From positions 1,799 to 65,798 of the forward strand of contig CAJOIV010000008.1 of NCBI GenBank assembly GCA_905234665.1: a DNA stretch of 64,000 nucleotides, in the 5' to 3' direction. The position numbers and the translations under genes were made by a program. Every line of letters begins with the position of its first letter. Within the stretch, counting starts at the first letter, position 1. The DNA comes from an uncultured Bacteroidales bacterium. Its GTDB lineage: Bacteria; Bacteroidota; Bacteroidia; Bacteroidales; P3. Shown here piece after piece: positions 38,140-46,337 of this stretch. The notes under the pieces are model-generated. The model saw only the letters and a program-made list of their open reading frames with translations. It was not told the origin of the DNA and did not search any database.

Positions 38140-39474
38140 ATGAAGAGATATTTGCTGATAATGATAAGCCTGCTGGTGGCAGGAGTCGCTGAAGGGCAGA
38201 ACGGGTTCAACGTGCCGTTCTCGCAATTCGGCATCGGCGAGAGTGAACTGCCTTACAATATGCCGTCGGTGTACGGCATGGGTGGTGTGGTGTACAGCCG
38301 CGCGGCGCGCAACACCGTCAACCCCTTCAACCCTGCGTCGTATGCCGCCATCGAGGAGGAGAGTTTTGTCTTCGACATCGGTGTGAACATCCAGCAGAGC
38401 ACCCTGCGCAAAGGCGACGCCAAGCTGGCCGATGCCGCCGGCGACATCGCCTATCTGGCCATTGCCTTCCCCCTGACCAAATGGTGGAAGACGTCGGTGG
38501 GCATCATGCCCTTCAGCAAGGTGAACTATGAGTCGGTGGACTCGACGTTCGACCCGTTGAGCGGGAGCAGCGTCGAAACCATCTATTCGGGTGGTGGCGG
38601 CGTGACTCAGGTCTACTGGGGCAACGCCTTCAACATCACCAAGAACCTGTCGGCCGGCTTCAACATCAACTACCTGTTCGGCAACATTACACGCGCCATC
38701 ACCTACAACTTCGTAGGCAACGACACCTCATACATGATGGACAAGCGCAGCCAGAAGAACACCCAGGTGAGCAACCTGCTGGTGGACCTGGGCGTGCAGT
38801 ACCGTCAGCCACTGAACGAGAGATACACACTGAACACAGGCTTCACCTGCCGACTGCCACGCAACATGAAGGTCAAGGACCAGTCGCTGGTGTACACCCT
38901 GGTGGAGACCACTACCGATGAGTATCTGATTGACACCATCTTCCCTGCCCGCGGGGCCGATGACATCTACAACAGCAGCCTCGAGCAGCCCTTCACTCTG
39001 GGGTTGGGGCTGGCTCTGGAACGCAACGAGTTGTGGCAGGTGGCCGTGGATGCCTATTACGCACCCTGGAGCGGTCTGAAATACACAGAGAACAGCGACT
39101 ACAGCATCTTCGGCCAGAGCGCACTGGACTATGCCCCCAACTGGCGTGTGGCCTTGGGCGGCGAATGGATGGGTGACAAGAACGCAACGAGCTATTGGAA
39201 ACGCATCGGCGTGCGCGCCGGAGTCTACTACAACAAAGGGCGTCTGGCACTGGACATGACCATGAACCCGACAGTCGGACAGAAGACCGCCCTCGACGAG
39301 GTGGGCTGTGGCCTGGGCCTTGCCCTCCCCATGCGCAAGGGGCGCTCGGTGCTGAATATCAGCCTGGGTTACTCCAGTTTCGGCGACATCGACCTGCTGA
39401 GAAGAAACTGCTTCACGGTGGGCCTGTCGGTGGGCTCGTGCGAGCGCTGGTTCATGAAGAGAAAATACAATTAA
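38140..39474 (+). CDS. Outer-membrane beta-barrel-like protein of unknown function
   Basis: Signal peptide, alternating beta-strand-like pattern, aromatic-rich C-terminus. Sits in the coaX...lptC neighbourhood. Confidence 0.55.
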   Translation: MKRYLLIMISLLVAGVAEGQNGFNVPFSQFGIGESELPYNMPSVYGMGGVVYSRAARNTVNPFNPASYAAIEEESFVFDIGVNIQQSTLRKGDAKLADAAGDIAYLAIAFPLTKWWKTSVGIMPFSKVNYESVDSTFDPLSGSSVETIYSGGGGVTQVYWGNAFNITKNLSAGFNINYLFGNITRAITYNFVGNDTSYMMDKRSQKNTQVSNLLVDLGVQYRQPLNERYTLNTGFTCRLPRNMKVKDQSLVYTLVETTTDEYLIDTIFPARGADDIYNSSLEQPFTLGLGLALERNELWQVAVDAYYAPWSGLKYTENSDYSIFGQSALDYAPNWRVALGGEWMGDKNATSYWKRIGVRAGVYYNKGRLALDMTMNPTVGQKTALDEVGCGLGLALPMRKGRSVLNISLGYSSFGDIDLLRRNCFTVGLSVGSCERWFMKRKYN

Positions 39475-39479
39475 CGTAA

Positions 39480-39501
39480 GGGCGTACCCCCGTGTACGTC
39501 C
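39480..39501. repeat. Single copy of the hairpin element GGGCGTAC-N6-GTACG(T/C)CC
   Basis: Same element as the inverted pair at 51813-51884. Located just after a stop codon. Confidence 0.6.
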
Positions 39502-39576
39502 AATTGGGGTGAAAGAAAACCCCGACAAACGATACTAAAAGGAAACCGGAATATAAACACTTAAAAGTATACCACT

Positions 39577-40902
39577 ATGAAGAAACTGAAAATCGTGATT
39601 GTGGCCGTGATGGTCCTGATGGCAGGCCACACGGCAAACGCTCAAAGCAAGTATGGTGACACCCCCGAGGACAGTGTTGCATGTCTCAGCAATGTGTCTC
39701 TGTACCAAGAGTTCTTCAAACAGAAGAGCTATGAACAGTGCTACGAGCCGTGGCGTGAGGTGCTGAAACACTGCCCCCGCTTCAGCAAGAGCATCTATCA
39801 GCGCGGCGTGACCATCATGAAGACCATGATCAACAAAGCAGAGAACGCAGAACAGCGCAACGCCTACATCGACGAGCTGATGGCCATGTACGACCAGCGT
39901 ATCCAGTACTTCGGCGAAGAGGCCGTGGTGAAGTGCATGAAGGCCTACGACCTGAGCCTGCTGCGCAAGGATGCCGTCAAGGAGGTCTATGAGATCTACG
40001 CTGACGCCATCCGCGTGGGAGCCCACCAGATTGACGAGAACTATGTGACGCTCTACTTCAAGGCCACCGTCGAGTATGTCCGTGCCGGCCATGCCGACCC
40101 GACGCTCATCATCGACAACTACGACATCGCCAGCGACCTGCTCGACTCGCTGCTGACGCTCAATGTCGACGACAGCGTCAACGCCGCCAAAATCCGCGGC
40201 TATATCGCCAACGTCGAGTCGGTGTTCTCGCCCTACGCCTCGTGCGACCAGCTGAACGAAATCTACCAGAAGAAGTTTGAGGCCGACCCCAACAATGTCG
40301 CCCTGCTGAAGAAGATGACGGACATCATGATGAAGAAAGGCTGCACCGATGACAACCAGCTCTTCTTCTCGGCCACTGAGAACCTCCACAAGCTGGAACC
40401 CTCGCCCTCCACGGCCATGCGCATGGGCACGATGTGCCTCGGTAAGAAGCAGTATGGAAAGGCCGTCGAGTATCTGCAGGATGCCCTGAAAGGCCTCACC
40501 GAGAAGAAAGACCGGTATAAGGCCTACATCTTCCTGGGCCGTTCCTATGCCGGCCAGGGCAGCTACAGTGCCGCTCGCACGGCCTACCTCAACGCCGCTG
40601 AGATTGACCGCACCAAGGGTGAGCCCTACTACCTCCTGGCCGTTGCTTACGCCAGCAGCTACCGCACCATCGACGACGGCATGGGTGGTCGCTCGGCCTA
40701 CTGGGCCTGCGTCGACGAGCTGCGCCACGCCAAGCAGGTAGAGCCCACGGAGGAGTTTACCGCCGCCATGGACAAACTGATTAGCAGCTACTCGGCCTTC
40801 TTCCCCAAGAAGAACGACGCCTTCATGCTCGACCTCATCGACGGTAAGAGCTACGTCGTCCCCGGCTGGATTGGTAAATCAACCATCATCCGCACACGAT
40901 AA
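39577..40902 (+). CDS. Tetratricopeptide-repeat protein with signal peptide
   Basis: TPR-like A/Y/L periodicity (e.g. GKAVEYLQDALK, AARTAYLNAAEID). Signal peptide MKKLKIVIVAVMVLMAGHTANA. Confidence 0.7.
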   Translation: MKKLKIVIVAVMVLMAGHTANAQSKYGDTPEDSVACLSNVSLYQEFFKQKSYEQCYEPWREVLKHCPRFSKSIYQRGVTIMKTMINKAENAEQRNAYIDELMAMYDQRIQYFGEEAVVKCMKAYDLSLLRKDAVKEVYEIYADAIRVGAHQIDENYVTLYFKATVEYVRAGHADPTLIIDNYDIASDLLDSLLTLNVDDSVNAAKIRGYIANVESVFSPYASCDQLNEIYQKKFEADPNNVALLKKMTDIMMKKGCTDDNQLFFSATENLHKLEPSPSTAMRMGTMCLGKKQYGKAVEYLQDALKGLTEKKDRYKAYIFLGRSYAGQGSYSAARTAYLNAAEIDRTKGEPYYLLAVAYASSYRTIDDGMGGRSAYWACVDELRHAKQVEPTEEFTAAMDKLISSYSAFFPKKNDAFMLDLIDGKSYVVPGWIGKSTIIRTR

Positions 40903-40904
40903 GA

Positions 40905-41480
40905 GTGTTCAGACACTATCCATCGACCACGGTAAGAGGCGGGAGGGTGCTCCCGCTTCTTGCCGTTTTCATTCTTCTGGTCAGCGCCTGCGGCAACGAC
41001 ATGGAGAAAATCAAACTCTTCGACGACCACCAGGCCCCGCCCGACAATGTACTCAAGGAGGCCCGCGTGCAACGCAGCGAGTCGGCCAGCCTGCAGATGC
41101 AGATGGAAGCGCCCAGGATAGAACGATACAGCACTCCCGAGCCACGGACACTCTATCCCCAGGGAGTCCGGGTGACCTTTTTCAGCGGGGCGGACAGCCC
41201 TACGGCCATCCTCACCGCCAAGCGGGCCGTACAGTACGAAAAGCGCAACCTCACGGAAGTGCGCGACAGCGTGGTGATTATCGACCTCCGCTCGGGCGAC
41301 ACCACCTATCTCGACGAACTCACCTGGGATGCCGGACAGCACCGCATCTATTCGGAGAAACCCATCCGTTCGGTCAATGGGCAGAGAGTGACGATAGGCG
41401 ACGGATTTGAGTCGGACGACGGTATGCAGTCGCCCCAGATTATTCACCAAAGAGGAACCGTGGAATGGAAGGAGGATTGA
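40905..41480 (+). CDS. lptC: LptC-like LPS export periplasmic protein
   Basis: 191 aa with an N-terminal anchor. OstA/LptC-like beta-jellyroll pattern (LTAKRAVQYEKRNLTEVRDSVVIIDL...LTWDAGQHRIYSEKPIR). Context next to lpxD. GTG start. Confidence 0.55.
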   Translation: MFRHYPSTTVRGGRVLPLLAVFILLVSACGNDMEKIKLFDDHQAPPDNVLKEARVQRSESASLQMQMEAPRIERYSTPEPRTLYPQGVRVTFFSGADSPTAILTAKRAVQYEKRNLTEVRDSVVIIDLRSGDTTYLDELTWDAGQHRIYSEKPIRSVNGQRVTIGDGFESDDGMQSPQIIHQRGTVEWKED

Positions 41481-42178
41481 GCCGCAAACGGGGATACACA
41501 GTGCTGGTGGTGCTGCTGGCGGCAGCCTTGCTGGCATTGTTTCTGTGGCGCAGTTGCCACTATGAGAGGCCAACAACCGAGACCGTTTCCATCGACACCA
41601 CGATGCTCGCCGAACTGGATAACCAGGGACACACTCCTACCTCGCCTAACTTAAGGGAGCAGCCGGAGATACAGTATGCTTCTGACCGCGGCAGCAACTC
41701 CTCCCCTAAGTTAGGGGAGGTGGCCCAACGGGCCGGAGGAGTGTGTCAAACCCGCAAAACCTCCCGGACGATAGAACTGAACACCGCCGACACCGCTGAA
41801 CTCCAGCGCCTATGGGGCATTGGACCAGTGCTCTCGGCCCGCATTGTGCGCTATCGCGACCTGCTGGGAGGATTCACCCGCAAGGAACAGCTCCGCGAGG
41901 TCTACGGCTTTGGCGCCAGCGTCTATGACCGCATAGCCCCACGGGTGACGGTCGACACCACCCGCCTCCAACATCTGGACATCAACACAGCCACCTACGG
42001 GCAGCTGCTGCGCCACCCTTATCTCGACAAGCACCAGGTGGCAGCCATCGTGCGCCTTCGCGAGAAGCAGGGCGCCTTCCAGTCGCTCGACGACCTGCAC
42101 CAAATACCCATCATTGAACAAGAGACATACACCAAAATAACACCCTACCTGTCATGCAATTCACAGCAAAAGAGATAG
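41465..42178 (+). CDS. ComEA-family helix-hairpin-helix DNA-binding protein
   Basis: N-terminal TM, then two HhH modules: LNTADTAELQRLWGIGPVLSARIVRYRD and DINTATYGQLLRHPYLDKHQVAAIVRLRE. Confidence 0.75.
   Translation: MEGGLSRKRGYTVLVVLLAAALLALFLWRSCHYERPTTETVSIDTTMLAELDNQGHTPTSPNLREQPEIQYASDRGSNSSPKLGEVAQRAGGVCQTRKTSRTIELNTADTAELQRLWGIGPVLSARIVRYRDLLGGFTRKEQLREVYGFGASVYDRIAPRVTVDTTRLQHLDINTATYGQLLRHPYLDKHQVAAIVRLREKQGAFQSLDDLHQIPIIEQETYTKITPYLSCNSQQKR
41682..41753. repeat. 72-bp structured dispersed repeat, copy 1 (in frame inside the ComEA-like CDS)
   Basis: 68/72 identical to 49909-49980. Contains CCTCCCCTAA-G-TTAGGGGAGG and a GGCCC-AAC-GGGCC hairpin. Confidence 0.85.
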
Positions 42179-43185
42179 CAAAGAAGCTGGGCGGATTCGT
42201 CGAAGGCGACGAGAATGTGATGATATACAAGCCCTGCCGCATCGAAGAGGTCGACGAGCACGGCATCACCTTTCTGGCCAACCCCAAATATACGCACTAT
42301 ATCTACGAGCGTAAGGCTGCGGCCATCCTTATCGCCAAAGACTTTGTGCTGGAGCATCCTGTCGACGCCACCCTCATCCGTGTCGACAACCCCTATATCT
42401 GTGTGGCCCGCGTGCTGCACATGTTCAACACCGCCAATGGCCCCAAACGTGGCCGTTCGTTCCGCAGCAGTGTCCGTTGCTCGGCACGTGTGGGCAAAGG
42501 ATGCTATATCGGCGACTTCGCCTATGTGGGCAAGAAAGCCAAGATAGGCAACAACGTGCAGATATACCCCCAGGTGTATGTGGGTGACTACTGCGAGGTG
42601 GGCGACAACACCATCCTGTACCCGGGTGTGAAAATCTACCGCGAGTGCAAGGTGGGTGCCAACTGCATCCTCCATGCCGGCGTGGTGGTGGGAGGCGACG
42701 GATTTGGCTTCGCACCAACCCCCGACGGCAGCTACAGCAAGATAGACCAGCTGGGCAATGTGGTCATCGAGGACGACGTGGAAATCGGTGCCAACACCTG
42801 CATCGACCGCGCCACCATGGGCTCCACCATCATCCACAAGGGAGTGAAGCTCGACAACCTCTGTCAGATAGCCCACAACGTCGTCATCGGCAAGAACACC
42901 GTCATGGCCTCCCAGTCGGGCTGTGCCGGCAGCGGCAAAGTGGGTGAGCATTGTGTCATCGCCGGACAGGTGGGCATCGTGGGGCACATCACCGTGGGCG
43001 ACAACGTGACCATCGCTGCCCAGGCAGGTGTGACCAACAACGTCAAGGATGGCTCTATTATGCTGGGTTCCCCCGCCATGGACGGCGCCAAGCAGAAGAA
43101 AATCTTCGTCCTTATGCGCAAGCTGGAGGAGATGTATTCACGCCTCAATGCCTTGGAGAAGAAGGTCGAGGGGGAGAGGTTATAG
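42154..43185 (+). CDS. lpxD: UDP-3-O-(3-hydroxyacyl)glucosamine N-acyltransferase
   Basis: Hexapeptide-repeat body (IGDNTILYPGVKIY..., IGANTCIDRATMGSTII, IAHNVVIGKNTV), typical N-terminus and length (343 aa). Confidence 0.9.
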   Translation: MQFTAKEIAKKLGGFVEGDENVMIYKPCRIEEVDEHGITFLANPKYTHYIYERKAAAILIAKDFVLEHPVDATLIRVDNPYICVARVLHMFNTANGPKRGRSFRSSVRCSARVGKGCYIGDFAYVGKKAKIGNNVQIYPQVYVGDYCEVGDNTILYPGVKIYRECKVGANCILHAGVVVGGDGFGFAPTPDGSYSKIDQLGNVVIEDDVEIGANTCIDRATMGSTIIHKGVKLDNLCQIAHNVVIGKNTVMASQSGCAGSGKVGEHCVIAGQVGIVGHITVGDNVTIAAQAGVTNNVKDGSIMLGSPAMDGAKQKKIFVLMRKLEEMYSRLNALEKKVEGERL

Positions 43186-43212
43186 GTTATGGGTTATAGG
43201 TTATAGGTTATT
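43178..43212. repeat. GGTTAT(A/G/T) x5 tandem heptamer array
   Basis: Read directly. Includes the lpxD TAG stop and ends 3 nt before the next ORF start. Confidence 0.9.
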
Positions 43213-43215
43213 GCT

Positions 43216-44904
43216 TTGGGGCTGAAGGAACATAATTGGTCGCGGGCGCTCACGCCCAACCAGCTGGTGGCGGTGCTGCTGGCGTTGTGGTGGGCGCTGA
43301 ACGTCATCGCCGGTGCCCTCCTCGAGCTGGCCAACGACGAGGCCTATTATTGGTTCTACTCGTGGCATCTGGACTGGGGCTATTATGACCACCCTCCCAT
43401 GGTGGCTCTTCTGGTGAAACTGGGCACATGGATTTGTGGGGGCGAGTTGGGTGTGAGGCTCTTCAGCACACTCCTGCAGCCTCTTTATCTCTACCTCTTC
43501 TGGACGCTCATCCGGCCACAGGACGCCACCCGCCGCGATGCCATGCTCTATTGTCTCGTCTGTTTCGCGATGCCCATGTTGCAGCTCTACGGCTTGCTGG
43601 CCCTGCCAGACGCACCGCTGCTCTTCTTCACGGTGGTCTTTCTCTGGGCCTACAAACGCTTCGCCGAGCGCGACAGTTGGCTGAACGCCGCCTTGATGGG
43701 CGCGTCGATGGCGCTGCTGATGTACAGCAAGTACCATGGCCTGCTGGTCATCGTCTTCGTCCTCTGCTCCCGTTGGCGCAACTTCCGTTCCCCCAGACTC
43801 TACGCAGCCGTCCTGATGGGTGTCCTGCTCTATCTCCCGCACCTCTGGTGGCAGTATAGCCACGACTTCCCCTCTGTGCGATACCATCTCTCAGGCAGGG
43901 TGACAAGTGGCCTGACATTGAAGTACCTGGGTCCCACAATCCTTAATCTGCTGGTGGTCTTCAACCCCCTCTTCCTCTTCCATTATGGCCGAGGCTTGGC
44001 AAGCCAGATTCGGGAACGCCGCAATGCCGCCTACAGCTGGCTGCTGTTGGGATTCGTCGTCTTCTTCACACTCAGTGCCTTCCGCTATGCCACACAACCC
44101 CAATGGATGCTGCCGGCAGTCTTCGCCTTTATCGTCCTGCTGATGGCCGAGTCGCGCCGCAGCGACAGGGCCTACCGTTACATCCGCACCGTGGCCATCG
44201 TCACCGGCGCACTCTTCCTGCTGGCGAGGCTGGCGATGCTGGTGCTCCCCTTGCCGGGGCAGCTATGGAACAACAAATCCTCCAACGAGGAGATTGCCCG
44301 ACTGGCCGACGGGCGTCCTGTGGTGTTCATGAACAACTACACCGCCTCGGCCAAATACACCTTCTACACGGGTCAGCCCGCCTACACCCTGCCCATCTAT
44401 TTTATGCGTCAGAGCCAGTGGCAGTATTCCGACCTCGACGACTCCTTTGCAGGCCAGGAGGTCCTTGTGGCGCAGACCGAGGACGGCCGGCCGGACAACG
44501 GCATCTGGATAAATGGGAAGCTATTTTGGTACAGCGTGGTGCACGACTTCCACTCTTTGCGTAAAGTGCAGATTACCCCCCTTACCCCCTTGCAGAGGAT
44601 GGGGGGAGACACGGTGGCGGTCGACCTGCTTCTCTATAACCCCTATCCCTATCCACTCTTCCCGACAGAGGATACACCCCTGTCGCTGGCAATCACCTTC
44701 CGCATAGAACAGCGTGTCCAACCCTGCATCTATGTGCCATTCACCGACACGCTGGCTCCAGGCGACAGCCTCATCCTGCATCCACGTTTCACCCTGCCCA
44801 AACAACTTGAGAAAGGCAAGGAATACTCCTATGCCTTCCTCCTCCGCAACCCCCATTACCTCCCTGGCGACAATAGCCCCCGTTACAGGTTCAAAGTAGA
44901 ATAG
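43216..44904 (+). CDS. ArnT/GT39-like (GT-C fold) glycosyltransferase, polytopic membrane protein
   Basis: NDEAYYWFYSWHLDWGYYDHPPMVALLVKLG... motif and multiple TM segments. TTG start in the track; the true start is uncertain. Confidence 0.75.
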   Translation: MGLKEHNWSRALTPNQLVAVLLALWWALNVIAGALLELANDEAYYWFYSWHLDWGYYDHPPMVALLVKLGTWICGGELGVRLFSTLLQPLYLYLFWTLIRPQDATRRDAMLYCLVCFAMPMLQLYGLLALPDAPLLFFTVVFLWAYKRFAERDSWLNAALMGASMALLMYSKYHGLLVIVFVLCSRWRNFRSPRLYAAVLMGVLLYLPHLWWQYSHDFPSVRYHLSGRVTSGLTLKYLGPTILNLLVVFNPLFLFHYGRGLASQIRERRNAAYSWLLLGFVVFFTLSAFRYATQPQWMLPAVFAFIVLLMAESRRSDRAYRYIRTVAIVTGALFLLARLAMLVLPLPGQLWNNKSSNEEIARLADGRPVVFMNNYTASAKYTFYTGQPAYTLPIYFMRQSQWQYSDLDDSFAGQEVLVAQTEDGRPDNGIWINGKLFWYSVVHDFHSLRKVQITPLTPLQRMGGDTVAVDLLLYNPYPYPLFPTEDTPLSLAITFRIEQRVQPCIYVPFTDTLAPGDSLILHPRFTLPKQLEKGKEYSYAFLLRNPHYLPGDNSPRYRFKVE

Positions 44905-44912
44905 CCCAGCCT

Positions 44913-46319
44913 ATGAAGTCCTCCAAGATACTCCTCTTCCTTGCCACGGCCATTGCCATGTTAGCAATCCTTTGTGCCGCCTTCCCGGCCGAGGGTGTCT
45001 CCGTGGCGGGCACCACGCTGCACTTCCCCGCCCTTACCCGTATCCTCAATCCGCAGAGGCAGATGGATGTCGAGGCCTACCTCGCCGAGCAGGACTCGCT
45101 GGCCGAGGTGGCTGCCACCCGGCAGGACTCTATCGTCCATCTGCGCCATCAGATAGACAGCAGCGACATCCGTTTCTGGTTCCCTGGCGACGATGACACC
45201 TTCTTCGACCCACTCTTTGCCCAGATGGAGCAGGCCGAAGCACAGGGACGTGTCCTCCGCGTGCTGCACTATGGCGACTCGCAGATTGAGATGGACCGTA
45301 TGACCAACAGATTGCGCGCCTATCTGCAAGGCCTCTTTGGTGGCGGCGGCCCGGGCATGACCTCCTATGCCACCATCATCCCCTCCTATTCGCTAACCCT
45401 CAGTGCCAGTGGCTCCCTGCGCCGCCAGTCGTCGTTTGGCGACAGCAACGTGTCGCGCGCCAATGGCAACTATGGCCCCATGTTGCAGGACTTCCGCGTC
45501 ACGGGCAATGCCGTCACCAATATCTTGGCCACCACCAACCGCATGGCCGACGACCGGGTGCGCCGGTTCTCGCGTTTCACCCTCCTCTTCAACAACCGCC
45601 CAGGTCCCCTGCATGTCACCTTCACCGACCGCGAAGGCGGCTATACCGACGAGCAGGACTGTCCCCTCGAAGGAGTCCAGGTACTGCGCTGGCGGCTCGA
45701 CAGTGCCTCCACCTCAGTGCGTATCGCAGTCAGCGGCACAGCCGACCTCTATGGCGTGCTGGTGGACGACGGTCCGGGAGTGGCAGTCGACAATATCCCC
45801 CTGCGCGGCTCATCAGGCCAGCAGTTCAGGCAAGTCAACGAAGACCAATTGGCAGAGGCTTATAGTCAGATGGACGTGGGACTGGTCATCCTTCAGTTCG
45901 GCGGCAACGCCGTGCCGTACCTCAAGGGCGAGCGCGGCATGTCGTCCTACTGCAAGACCGTGGCCTACATGATTGACTGTGTCCACCGTTGCTGCCCAGG
46001 GGCCAAGGTGCTTTTTGTGGGTCCCTCCGACATGAGCACCCGCGAGGGGGGCATCATGCAGAGCTACCCCTACCTGCCCACCATCGTCGACAGTCTCCGC
46101 GCCTGTGCCAACGCCCACGGGGCCGCCTATTGGAGCATCTACCACGCCATGGGAGGGCACAACTCCATGACGGCGTGGGTCGACCAGGGTCTTGGGGGTG
46201 CCGACTACCTGCACTTCTCGCAGCGCGGTGCCGACATCATGGGCGACCGGCTGGCCCGTGCCTTCGACAATATGTATCAACTCTATCTCATCCGCCGCCG
46301 CTCCCATAATAACCAATAA
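44913..46319 (+). CDS. SGNH/GDSL-type hydrolase or acyltransferase family protein
   Basis: Block I HYGDSQ, block II/III LQFGGNA, block V DYLHF. Signal/anchor at the N-terminus. Confidence 0.7.
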   Translation: MKSSKILLFLATAIAMLAILCAAFPAEGVSVAGTTLHFPALTRILNPQRQMDVEAYLAEQDSLAEVAATRQDSIVHLRHQIDSSDIRFWFPGDDDTFFDPLFAQMEQAEAQGRVLRVLHYGDSQIEMDRMTNRLRAYLQGLFGGGGPGMTSYATIIPSYSLTLSASGSLRRQSSFGDSNVSRANGNYGPMLQDFRVTGNAVTNILATTNRMADDRVRRFSRFTLLFNNRPGPLHVTFTDREGGYTDEQDCPLEGVQVLRWRLDSASTSVRIAVSGTADLYGVLVDDGPGVAVDNIPLRGSSGQQFRQVNEDQLAEAYSQMDVGLVILQFGGNAVPYLKGERGMSSYCKTVAYMIDCVHRCCPGAKVLFVGPSDMSTREGGIMQSYPYLPTIVDSLRACANAHGAAYWSIYHAMGGHNSMTAWVDQGLGGADYLHFSQRGADIMGDRLARAFDNMYQLYLIRRRSHNNQ

Positions 46320-46335
46320 CCTATAACCAATAGCC
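46308..46335. repeat. (A/T)ATA(A/G)CC x4 tandem heptamers (complement orientation of GGTTATA)
   Basis: Read directly. Contains the stop of the upstream SGNH gene and ends 2 nt before the next ATG. Confidence 0.9.
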
Positions 46336-46337
46336 TG

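Noticed and set aside
38140-39474. The 444-aa outer-membrane protein as the missing PorP/SprF partner of the type-B cargo protein
   Set aside because: There is only a faint FSQF...NP..NPA resemblance to the PorP/SprF N-terminal motif. It is larger than typical PorP/SprF proteins, lies 20 kb away, and sits in a coaX-TPR-lptC context. I cannot support the call without an HMM search.
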